A stretch of DNA of 54,500 bases, filler included, from Jimgerdemannia flammicorona (taxonomy: Eukaryota), in NCBI GenBank assembly GCA_003990765.1. It is 3 parts of 3 records of this genome, joined end to end, with 100 filler letters (N's around TTAATTAATTAA, not from the genome) between each part and the next. Parts side by side here need not be neighbours in the genome. Positions count along the whole stretch, not along the records: positions 18,203 to 36,303 come from RBNJ01002306.1; 2 more parts are not named here. The stretch is one strand, 5' to 3'. Under the pieces are notes generated by a model, which made no database searches, was not told the origin of the DNA, and saw nothing but the letters and a program-made list of their open reading frames with translations. The position numbers and the translations under genes are program-made. Shown one piece after another: positions 23,619 to 35,125 of this stretch (position 1 is its first letter; every line of letters starts with the position of its first letter).

Positions 23619-25650
23619 TGTAAGCATACAACCTCCAAGCCACCGAAATTATATATGACCTCTGAACAAATCTGGAAATCACCTGCTTGATCATGAAGCT
23701 GAGTCAAACCGAAGTCACAGCGCACAAAGCTGAGTCAATATGAAGTCACAGAACACAAGATTTACACAAACAGAATCTTATCAATCAGGATCAAATATAT
23801 ATATACTGAGCACTGAGATGCGTCAAATCAGAGAACCAAAATAAAACAATAACCACAACTTCAAAATATACAAACATGACCACTGAGATCTATAACTATA
23901 TCCATGCTGACATTTGGAATGCCATTGTCAACCAAGCTACACCCCCTCTGCCCCTCATGAATATCCATAGCCTGGCACTCCTCTACTTTGTGGAAGCCTG
24001 ATGGAATGCCCTGAACATGCTTAGCGAGACCCACCAAATTGGACAAATCTCAAGCTACTACCAGATCAGCCACCTCCTGGAAGACATGGTTGAACACCAC
24101 CATGATACAGACATTACTCAGATGTCTCAACACCAGAAGCTCATCACCTACAAACATCGAGAACTCTTCTATGAGTACAGTACCATTATTTCCTGCCTCT
24201 GAGTTACTACCAGCAAAATGATTGCTACTCTGTCCTATAGCTGAATCGATGATATGATATAAGAACTCAACCACAAGTACCTTGAGTACGTCGAAACCAC
24301 AGACAGAACCTTCCCACACCCCAATGATCAAATCCTGCAAATGCCCCAAGTTGGATATGCCATGAAGGACATCTACAATATAATCCACTTTGATAAAGAT
24401 GAAGCAGAAGACAATGATCCCTCTGACACTGACATGATCTCTAGCTAAGGATCTCTGCCAACCCTGATCACTCCGCCAATCTTGCCGATGAACTTACAAC
24501 AGTTCATAACAGCATATGAGACTTATTGAGACAATGACCACTGGCATGAATACCAACCTGCATTCACTCCCGATTACTTCAACTACAATAAAGAGACTGA
24601 AGAATACAACCTGTACCTCCAGACAACCCTTGAGATCGAACCAACCACTCCACCACCAGAGTACGAGTGACATGAACCACAGCTACCAGCATACTACAAC
24701 CTTACAACTCACAGTGCCGTAACCTATAGAAGGTATGCAGACAGCGAATCCAATGAAAGTGAAGATGATGCACCACTCCTTCATCCACCAACACCTTATC
24801 CAGCATATGAGACAGATGATGCTATCTTGTGGGATAGAGATGAAGTTCCAATGTATTATTACCTCAGCGAACAAGGAGAAGTAATCTGCAAACTATTATT
24901 TCTAGATGACTACTTCATCAGAGATGATGCAATCGATGGTGATATCATTGAGGACTACCCAGACAGCACCTAAACCCATAAATAGCCTAGCAGTCATAGT
25001 ATAGTTAGATTAGTCTTGTACAATGTGACTGTGAACTGACTCAGCAGTCAGACGATCTCTTGACATGTTAGATCACACTTGTACTATATGACTGCATTCT
25101 GACTCAGCAAGGCACTTAGTGCTACATCCATATCTAGTATAGTCCAGATAGCCCCTCACTAGTATAAATACCCCCTCCCCCAGACCTCAGAATCTCAGAC
25201 TCGAACACCCAAGAACATTCCTGAATACTTCTCCACAATACCCCTTCATATAACTACTCCTAGTATAGCAATATCATGAATAGCAAATAAACCTATTCCA
25301 TAACCCACAAACCACTCTTAAGTAAATCCACTCCTTGTTAGGTCCTACTCCTAACCTTGTCACGAAATTTCCTAATTGGGTATTGTCTGTAGCGATACAC
25401 CAATTCAACTAAGCTGGCCTTAGTTTCTTGAACTTCCTGAAATACGGAAAATCCTGAATATCCAGAACTAGTCCGAAAAAAGGACTTTGGTTGAGACGTC
25501 AACCCAATCTTGAAATCAATAAGCATAGAGGACACACTCCATATGAAATTAATCTTGACCATAAGAAAACGGTCTTCCAGAACATCCAGAATATCTAAAA
25601 AATCTTTCCAGAACTACATAATGGTTACCCTAAAAAGTAACCCTCTTATA
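23619..25650 (+). repeat. ~2.03-kb LTR of chromovirus family
   Basis: Starts right after the PPT; homologous to 37377-39442 (ends CTCTTACA and is followed by a PBS-like site) and to 36404-36942. Confidence 0.85.
23876..24973 (+). pseudogene. 365-codon ORF inside the LTR (unknown protein, acidic Pro/Tyr-rich C-half)
   Basis: Single frame from ATG 23876 to TAA 24973, broken only by point stops; the homologue is open in the young copy (36654 to gap). Confidence 0.75.
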
Positions 25651-28600
25651 ATTTTGGTGGCTTGGAGATTGTATGCTTACAACTCTTCCCTTCTTAGCTT
25701 TTGACATCTTCATCAGAGGTCTTTTAATTTTGGTCTAGTATTATTATACTATTTAGATGGTCAAAAGTCTGATAAGGTCCATTTTTTTCAGAAAGTGGTA
25801 TGCTCATAGTATAGTTATCTAATGCATTAGATTTATATATTAAAGGGTCATATATTCAATGCTATGTATTGGAAGTAATTCTGATATCATTTACTGCTAG
25901 AGAATTTCCTCTAAGGAATCTTCTTAAATATCTATACCTCATTTTCATCAGTGATATAGGAAGAATAAGCTGGCTTTCAGTTTTGCTATTTTTCTAGAGA
26001 ATCAGTATTTTGTCTTGACTTGCTGAGTTCTTGATTTTGTTTATGATAATTATAAGGATACTTGATGTTCAGAAGGGGTAATATATAGTATGATAGATAC
26101 TGGGGTACTTAGGTTTTCAGTTGTTCAAAGAATCATATTTCTGAACTAAGTTAGTAGTATTCTAAAGATTGGTTTTAGGTTCTCATGTCATGTTATAGAT
26201 TGAGTAACCTTTCTATTTGACAAGGTATTCTGGATAGTTCTTGTGGCCATATTTGTTGAGAATTTGTTCAACTTTATATTCTTCTTAGTTATTAATAATA
26301 ACAGGTATAAGTGGTTTTGCAGTTTGGTTCAGAAATAGCTCATCATCATTTTTATTATATTACTTGAGATGAAGACTGGGTGAATCTTAATAATATCTGG
26401 TAGTACTAATTTGTAAGAAGTTAGAGAAACTTGTATAATAACTTCAAATGGTCCAATAAATTTACTATTCAGTATTGTAGATAGTATATACTTAAAGTTG
26501 TTAACTCAGTATTCTCAAATATCTAATAGAACTTTTTCTCTAATGTCAAAAGTTTCCTCTTAGTAGTACTGGTTAATATACTGTAACTATTGTTCTTGAG
26601 CTCATAATAAATTCTTGATAGTAATCTGACTTAAGTTGTATATTTAGAGTAGGAATTCTTCAATAGCTTTGACTATAGAGAGTTCATCAGTAGTTCAGAT
26701 AAGTGTTAGAGGGGTGTTTTGGTTTTGTCCTATATTGATGAAGAATGGAGTCATTCTAAGAGAGGTTTGCTTGCTATTATTATAGATAAACTTGACTGCA
26801 GTAAGATATTCATGCCAATTATCTTATCTATAGAAAATATAGTTCCTTAGTATTTGCTCCAGTGTTCAGTTTATTCTTTCAGTTTAGCCATCAGTTTTAG
26901 GATGAAAGGCTGTGGATAGTGCAAATTTCATTTCAAGGTATATATGGAGGACTTTCCAAAAATAGCTGGTAAATTTTAGGTCTCAATTATTACCAATGAT
27001 CTTAGGAAAACCATGATAGCAGAAGATGTTATCAAATAAGAGTGTGGCTATGTCTAGTACTATTACAGTAGTAATAATTGATATAAAGGAGGCTTATTTG
27101 CTGAGATGGTCTATAAAGACAACAATTACATCTTTTCTGTTCTTAGTTCAGAGTAGTTGTATAATAAAGTCTATAGAAATTTATTCCCAATTAGCAGATA
27201 GTACTGAGATGGGGTAGAGTAGGCTAGGTTTTACTAATATTGAGAACTTGTTATATTGGCAGATATCATAGGAAGTGATATAGGTCTTTAGCTGATCTGC
27301 TATATAGGGTCAATAGAAGTTTCAGAAAATAACTTCATAGTATTTATCAAATTCTAAATGTTCAGCTATAGGGGTGTTATGACATTCAAATAGAATAGTC
27401 CTTCAGAGGTCTTAGTTGTTTGGAATATACAGTCTATCCTTGTAGTAGATAGCATTATCCTTCAGTTAGTATTGATGATACTGAATGTACTTATCAGTAT
27501 CATTACTACTTAGGATTTCTTAGAGTACTTGAGCTTCTTTATCATCAGTATATACTATAATAATTTATTCCATAATAGAGTTGATAACCAAGGTGAGAGT
27601 TTGGATAACTTCTTTGATTGGTGATCTGGAGATTGTATCAGCAACAATATTTTTCTTGTCAGGACAATACTGAATTTTATAGTCAAAGTTGATAAAAACT
27701 TTTATCTATTTGGCTTACTTTTGGAAAAAGATAGCCTAGGTCTTGATATTGACTAATGATTTGTGACCAGTTAATAGGATAAAGTATACTCCTTCTAAGT
27801 ATGGTCACTATTTGATCAGAGTGTCTACAATAGCTAACATTTCCTTCTCATATATTATATAGTTGATTTTAGTATTATTGAATTTATAGGAGTAGTAGGC
27901 CATAGGGTATCCTTCTTATATGAGCACTATTCCAAGAGCTAGATCAGAGTTATCAATAGTAACTTTATATAGTATAGTTAGGTTTGCTGCTTAAAGTACT
28001 GGAGTGATTATCAAGATATTCTTCAATATTTGAAAGGCTATATCTTATTTGGGTCCTCAATTTACAAGATTGTTGAAGTCTTTCTCTTATTTCATAGTCT
28101 AAGGCTGTTCTTCTTTCTTGCTATACTTGGTCATTTGAGTAAAGGCAGTAGCAATCTTAGCAAAGTTTGTAATAAATTATTGATAATAGTTTTCTAATCT
28201 CAGGAATGACTGAAGGTCTTTTAGCTTCTTGGGTCTGAGCTAATCCTTGATTGTGGAGATTTTGCTGGAGTCTACTTTGATTCTATTCAACATGATAATA
28301 TATCTAAGAAATTGAATTTCTTTTAAGAAAAATTCACATTTGTTGAGTTTTGCAAAGAGTTGGTTTTCTTGGAGTTTCAGTAGTATTAGTTCAAGATGTT
28401 CAAGATATTCCTCCAGGGTTTTGCTGAAGACTAGGATGTTGTCAATATAGATAATAACAAATTTGTCTAGATATAGGTATAAGATAGTATTCATCAGTGT
28501 CTGGAAGGTTGCAGGAGTATTAGTTAAATCAAAAGGCATAACCAGAAACTCAAAATGTCCATAGAGAGTTTAGAAGACTATCTTATAGATGTCTTTTTTT

Positions 28601-28660
28601 TTTTATAGCAATTTGTCAGTAACTATTTTACAGATCAAAAGAGCTCATAAATTGTCTATT
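25651..28660 (-). mobile_element. Heavily mutated chromovirus copy D (RT, RH, IN, chromodomain, PPT, 31-bp LTR stub)
   Basis: MPFDLTNTPATFQ..IYIDNILVFS; chromodomain ~26130-26290; PPT ~25682-25697; LTR start TGTAAGCATACAATCTCC at 25681. Confidence 0.88.
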
Positions 28661-29730
28661 GTGGGGCAGTAGGAGAGAGACAATAGTGATGAATTGCCTC
28701 TTTATCAGTGTCTAATCAGTGTCTTCTCTACTTTTTTATAGTTTCTGATACCTTTGACTATATCTGAGGTACATCTGTTTTAGTGTGACACTTTCTTCCT
28801 TTTGTCATTACCAATAAGATGCTGTCTCAGTGCATCATGGGTTACATAGGAAGTCAGCTGACCTTGGGCATCAAGTGTCCAATATAGGTTACTTACAGGT
28901 CCTCAGTACCTATGATGGGGCCCTCTGGCTTTGGTGAGCTTCCTGGTGAGTATAATTTTAGTATAGGTGACTGTTTTTCAGAGTGATGTTGGGATGGAAG
29001 AGGAGATGGCTATTACAGATAAGAGGAAGGATAATTATAGTAAACCAATAGGATGTCAGGCTGGAGGCAGTCATCAGGGCTAGGGCAGGTGCTGCTTTGG
29101 TGGGGCCTTTTGATTGATGCAGAGCAGTTAGGTAGTAGGTATCACTCCTGACTTCTTTTGGTGATTCAGTAGGTTAGGCCCCAGTCATTGAGGGAGGTCC
29201 GGGAGCCTGAGGCCACCCATTTCAGATGTCTTGACTGTACTCAACTAGAACTGAGAGCTGACATAGCAATGTGATTGAGGCCTGTAGGCTTAAGTAGTAG
29301 GATATTGGGAATCTTCTCCTACCTCACATATAAGTCCTTTACTCACCTCAACTAGGAAAACTAGGCCCTATCCACTGTGATGTACTTTGATGAGGGTTTT
29401 TCTTTACCTGTCATTCTCTTTGGAGTGGTAGGGGCTATTCTATTTGGCTCAGGCATGGCCTTATATATACATTGGGGTCTCAGATATATACTTTCAGTTA
29501 TTAGTATATGGCTGGATTCCCTCTGATGGTAAGAAGAGCATAGTATATAGAATAAGGTGCAGGCTACCATAGACCCTACTATATCTAGCATAGTTGAGCT
29601 ATTGGACAATAGCTAGCCTAGGTTAATAGGAGAGCAGTGCTTAATGGATAGTGGGAGAGAGTTTTGGCCTATATAGTCTAAGTTTCCTTCCAATAAAAAT
29701 TCGTAGGACTCTGAGTCTATAAAATAAAAT
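28661..29730 (+). mobile_element. LINE-B copy 2 (5'-truncated)
   Basis: Colinear with 12070-13140; ends in AATAAA and an A-rich tail. Confidence 0.88.
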
Positions 29731-30499
29731 TTTATTTTATTTTTTTTATTTTTTTTTATTTTTTTATTATAAAATGAGTAGAGAATAGAGGAATAGTTTA
29801 GAGCAAGATGTGATACTGTTATGGTGGATATAAAGATTGGTGATAAAAGATCAAGCAGCAGAAAACAATAATCTTATATGAATTTTTATAACAAAACAAA
29901 GAAAATGGAATAAAGTGTTTTCTGAAGTAAGGTATAATAGATGTGCAATCTGCCCTTGACACTACAGTATGTGGAGGTCTTTATTCAAAATTGAGAACAA
30001 AGTTCAGATAAACAAAGATATAGATCTAACCCTGGAATTCTGAAATCAGAATAGTATATAAGTGCCTGAGCCTTGCCCCGATCCAAACAATAGTCTAAAT
30101 CAGGCTTCATCGATCTACATATGTGACAGGCCATTAAAAACCCAATATAGAAACAATCGGAAAAAGGTACTGGTCATATGATCTAATATTATACATACAT
30201 AAACAAATGCTAAAAATGGAACTAGACTAATGATATATTATGTATCATTATATAATTGTCACTTATAGGTTTAAAAACCTAAAAATCATTAGCACCTGAA
30301 GGTGCAGATATCAGGCCTAAAGCCTTGTGACCATAGCAGAGTAGAGCCTTAGTACTGGAGTAAGTGAAGCAAGCAGAGGTAGACAGACATTACAGAGCAT
30401 AGATACATAGGCATCAGGCCTAGAGTCTCATACCAGAGATTGTCTGATAATTTTTCATGTTTTTAAATATTGTATAGTATATATAGGCAGTGCGGCCTT

Positions 30500-32780
30500 C
30501 AAGGAGGACTTAGAGTAAAGCTGATATTTGAGATAGCATTAAGAACAGTAAACCCATTCTTCCAGATGATGATAGGTTATTGGGCAGTTACAGGGAAACC
30601 AAAATGAAGTAAAGTGATATGTAGAGTCTTGTCAGGCTATTAATATAGCCATCGGGCCATGTTGTATTAGATGACAAGCAATGAGAGAGGAAAAGCAGAG
30701 TGGGGGATAGAGGGGTGGGAAATAAGGAGAGGGGTGAGAAGTAAAGTTCAGACCTCAAGCCAATCAACCAAACTCAACTGAGTAGTTACAACATCAATAG
30801 AGTATCCTTTTCTGTGAATCAGGAATTCAGCCAGAGACTGATACTCATCAAGCCAATCATGGCGAGATGAGCAAAGTAGTAATAGGCAGCAAGCTTCATT
30901 TATAATATATAGACAGAGCATCTTTCTAGGATGATTGCTCAACCAGTTGACAAACTGAGTACTATGCAGGAACTTGGCAAAATGGCCTGTGCAGAACAGT
31001 GCAACTCAGATTTCTAGGTCCAGGTAATGGCACAGTTCGGTAGATAAGACTTCCCATTCAATATGATGGTATAGGGGGATAAACAGTACCAAAAATCATA
31101 GCTAAGTCCATGATCATGGATATAAAGACAATAAGATCATCAATATACCAGTGGAACTTTAGCCTGGCTTCGATGGCTCAGCTTAGCAGATGATCAGATA
31201 CTTATAAGGTATACAATTTATGAGCAAAGCTAACGAGGTTGGCAAGATCTGGGGTACAATTCATTCTCATAGTAATACCAGACATAGAGTGGAAGGAACT
31301 GATGGCAAATGTGAACATTATATGAGTCATGACTATATGGATAAGACCAAGAATGGCTTTGAGTGGCAAAGAGCCAGAGGGGAAGGCTATAGTCAACAGA
31401 AAGGTGAGGCAGTCAATATACTCATCTAATATGATCCTGGTGTAGAATATGGCAAAATCTCCAGTAGTAATATAGGAATAAGCAGACATGTCTAAGTAAT
31501 CCAATCAAACTAATTGTAATAGTTCTAACATATCATGTAGAGACAAATAACATGAATAACCCACATTAAGATACAGATAGACTGACTACAGATGGAGAAA
31601 GTGAGATAGGAAATACAAAATCTTGGTTGTGGGAGAGTTAAATACACCAATGATAGAGCACCATACCATATATGCCCCTTTGTGTATCTTGGGCAGTGCA
31701 TGAAACATGAGTAACTTGCAATCATTAGACTCCATGAGGTGTTCTCAAATTAGCATACAATTAGAATCACCAATACAGAACTCAAGTAGACCAAGTAGGT
31801 CTAGCCTCACTGATTCCTTAATATTATCAATCATAGAAAAATCATTCACATATGCAGGATTGTAAAGGAGAGACTAAAGACCATTGAGATATAGAGTATG
31901 CAGAATAATGGCAAACCCTAGATTTTTGTTAGTAAGACAGACTGTAAAGTCAGCATGAGTATAGATGCCTTTAAGAAGGTGACAGAACTTCTTCAGTACA
32001 AGTACACCAGACATATTTGTCATGGGTTGGACAGCTTAATTTAAAGCAGCACTCATATGGAGTATAATTTGCATATTTTCTATATAATGCAGCAGTCACC
32101 ATTTAGATGACACCCAGGCAGAGATCTCTAGAATGTTATCAGAATTACTCATAGAGGTCTAGAAGGTAGCAAGGTCAAGACTAGTGCTCCCAAATGAGTT
32201 GAATCAATTCGAATTGAATTGAATTGAGGGTTAAATGAGTCGAATTGAATTGGGGATTTTTCAATTCGAATCAATTTGAATCGAATCAAAAGTCGAATTG
32301 AATTGAGGGTCTAATTTAAACCCTAATTTTCAAAATGCAATAACTCAGCGTAAACTCATCCAAATCTAACATACTTTAGCTTATTAGAATCACATTAATA
32401 CAATGAATCTAACAAGCTAAAATACATTAAATTTGGATGAGTTTTCATTGAGTTATTACATTTTGAAAATTAAGGTTCGAATCAAACTTTGAATCAAATT
32501 GGACCTTTGATTTGATTCAAATCGAATTGAATTGGACCCTTGATTCGATCGAATTGAATCAAGTTTGGGCCAAATTCGATTCGATTTGATTCATTGGGAG
32601 CACTAGTCAAGATACTGTTAGAATAATGACAATGAAATTGGGTCAATGGTACTGTTCATTGATGTTGACCTAGGGAGAACAAACTTAGAGCCAAAGTTCA
32701 GCATATATATGAGCTCAGGGGTAAGCCAAGGCAGAGATATATTGATAACAAAGCTCTCCTTAGTAAACATTCAAAACTGA
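30500..32780 (-). pseudogene. PLE reverse transcriptase, degenerate, interrupted by MITE
   Basis: Motifs as above; YIDD at ~31136-31147. The frame ends ~PIIIWKNG..NISFTLSPP* with no GIY-YIG visible. Confidence 0.85.
32182..32605. mobile_element. hAT-type MITE (424 bp)
   Basis: TIR TAGTGCTCCCAA, 8-bp TSD GTCAAGAC/GTCAAGAT, GAATT/GAATC subterminal repeats; the whole element is a near fold-back. Confidence 0.93.
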
Positions 32781-32999
32781 GAGACAAAAAACTAACTTAA
32801 GTGAGAACCGAGAAGAGAAGACATGAAGGCAAAATCCTCAATTGGTGTCGAGGCTGCTACTCTATGTGGAATGGGAATATCAGGGCCAAACCACACTGTC
32901 AGAAAGTCATATGAGACTTTTGGACTGGGGATCTCTAGTTTTTTTATGCTAGAGGATAGACATCACCAGTATTATGCCAGATAATATGATGTTTAGTAG

Positions 33000-34085
33000 T
33001 AGTACACTTATTGCATTGCAGTACAAATGCTCTGGCAGCACTCTTTGATAAGTAGCTCAAAGTTGACAAGTGACTGGTCTCAGTGAAAGTAGAAGAAATA
33101 GATGAAGAAGGCAAAGCCTTATATACTTGCTTGACCCCTTTTACAGAACCCACTGTCTCAGCAGGGGGCTAGGGGATAAGGACTACAGTGGGCCTTCATA
33201 GGCACACTAAGACATCCAGAACTTTGGCACAGCAGAGGCCAAAGTTGCACTCACTATCTTTACCTTTTCTGCAGCCCCTGCAGGTGCAGCAGTAGAGGGT
33301 AGAAGGGTGGGAATACTCTTTTTTGATCAGACAGAACCAGCAGCAGTAGAAGCAAATGTACATTTGACATCTAGAGTAATAATCTTGGGGCAATTCCCAA
33401 GCTCCTCAACCATAGCTTTGCAGGTAGCAGCAGAAATCCCATCTTGCAGGAAGGAGGATACAGGGGCAGTTGGGCAGATAGCAGCAACAGTAGCTTTAGC
33501 AGTAGCAGTGGTAGCAAGATGGCAAGATTAATGCATGATAATGTCAAAACCTCAGAGGAGGAACAAGGTAGTCCTTGCTCATTTGGAGGTGGAAATGGTG
33601 TAAACATTCTTATATAGTCCCTGAGTGGCATCTTTGGGAATCTCAAAGAATACAAGGGATTCAGATAACACACTCATAGCTTTGTCAATTTTAGCATACT
33701 GGTCCTTAGCGTGCTGGGTGGCAGCGATATTAACAGTCATAGTAGCCTCAACTATGGCCATAGTGCAGCACTTGGCTTCTACCAAAGCAGTATCAAGAGT
33801 GGCACCACACTGCTCCTCAAGAAGGAGAGCAATTGAAGCAGCTACCTTCTTGGAAGAAGTAAACTTCCAGTCGGCAACTTGGGCCCACAGAAAACCAGCA
33901 TGGCATTCCTTTGCAGCAATGACTTCAAGAGTAGAAAGTACTCTGGTACAAGCAGTACAGAAGAGAACAGAGATCTTGGCAGACATGATGGTGACATAGG
34001 TGACCAGGTTGTCAAACTCTGCCAAATTGGTGAAGGCAGCAGGGGGGACAGCAGCATCGCCATCTACATTCATATTGTCTGTCAT
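33000..34085 (-). pseudogene. PLE upstream ORF / N-terminal region (Ala-rich, predicted helical)
   Basis: ATG at 34085 directly after the pseudo-LTR; 168 aa open, then continues with stops; no recognisable domain. Confidence 0.55.
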
Positions 34086-35125
34086 ATTGTATATTATAAA
34101 ATGAGTAAAGAATAGAGAAATAGTTTAGAGTGAGATGTAATACTGTTACAGTGAATATGAAGATCAGTGGTAAAAGGTCAAGCAGCAGAAAATGATAAGC
34201 TTATGTAAATTTTTACAATGGAACAAAGAAAACAGAATAAAGTATTTTTCGAAGTAAGATGCAATAGATCTGTAACCCACCCTCAGTACCATAGTATATG
34301 GAGGTCTTTATTCAAAATTGAGAACAAAGTTTGGGTAAACAAAGACATGGATCTAACCCTGGAATTCTGGAATCAGAATGGTGCATAAGTACCCAAGCCT
34401 TGCTCCAATCCAAACAATAGTCTGAATCAGGCTTCATTGATCTACATATACATGATGAGCCATTAAAAACCCAATATAGAAACAATCGGGAAAAGGTACT
34501 GGTCACATGATCTAATGTTACACATACATAAACAAATACTAAAAATGGAACTAGATCAATGACATGTCATGTATTATCATATAATTATTACTTATAGGTT
34601 TAAAAATACAAAAAATCACTGGACAACCTCCGGCATGAGGCTCTAGGCCTGATGCCTATATACCTATGCTCTGTGATGCCTGTCTACCTCCACTTGCTTT
34701 GCTCACTCCAGTGCTGAGGCTCTACTTTACTCCAGTCACGAGGCTCTAGACCTGACACCTACACCTTTAGGTGCTGACAATTTTTAGGTTTTTAAATCTA
34801 TAAGTGACAATTACATGACAACACATGACATATTATTAGTCTAGTTCTATTTTTAGTATTTGTTTATGTATGTGTAACATTAGATCACATGACTGGTACC
34901 TTTTTCTGATTGTTTCTATATTGGGTTTTTAATGGCCCATCACATGTATAGATCAATAAAGCCTAATTCAGACTATTGTTTGGATTAGAGCAAGGCTTGG
35001 GCACTTATGCACCATTCTGATTCCAGAATTCTGGGGTTAGATCTGTGTCTTTATTTACTCGAACTTTGTTCTCAATTTTGAATAAAGATCTCTATGTACT
35101 GTAGTGCTGAGAGCAGGTTGCAGAT

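Larger units (their letters stand above)
22821..25650 (+). mobile_element. 3' half of chromodomain Ty3/Gypsy element (copy C): end of IN, chromodomain, PPT, 2-kb 3' LTR
   Basis: IHPVFNV; chromodomain YEVEQIL..YLVK*KGYPIHDAIWEP (~23312-23460); PPT AAGAAGGGGAGAGT; LTR TGTAAG...CTTATA. Confidence 0.9.
29766..35125 (-). mobile_element. Penelope-like retroelement (PLE), apparently lacking GIY-YIG endonuclease, with direct and inverted pseudo-LTRs
   Basis: PLE RT motifs LNFGSKFV, TNKNLGFAI, LPKIHK..IIG.FNSPT, TGDFAIFYTRI, GITMRMNCTPDLANL, YIDDLIVF, YLDLEI, W.SNHP, LLLLCSS and RKGY. Repeat 29766-30290 = 34093-34615; 34600-35125 is the inverse of 29945-30465. Confidence 0.85.

Noticed and set aside
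30500..31500. Tyrosine recombinase (DIRS/Ngaro) reading of the split-repeat element
   Set aside because: No YR or RNase H motifs; the motifs match a Penelope-type RT.
34093..35125. Hammerhead ribozyme in the PLE pseudo-LTR
   Set aside because: Only partial cores (GATGAAGCC, CCTGATG) and no properly placed GAAA were found by eye; needs a covariance-model search.
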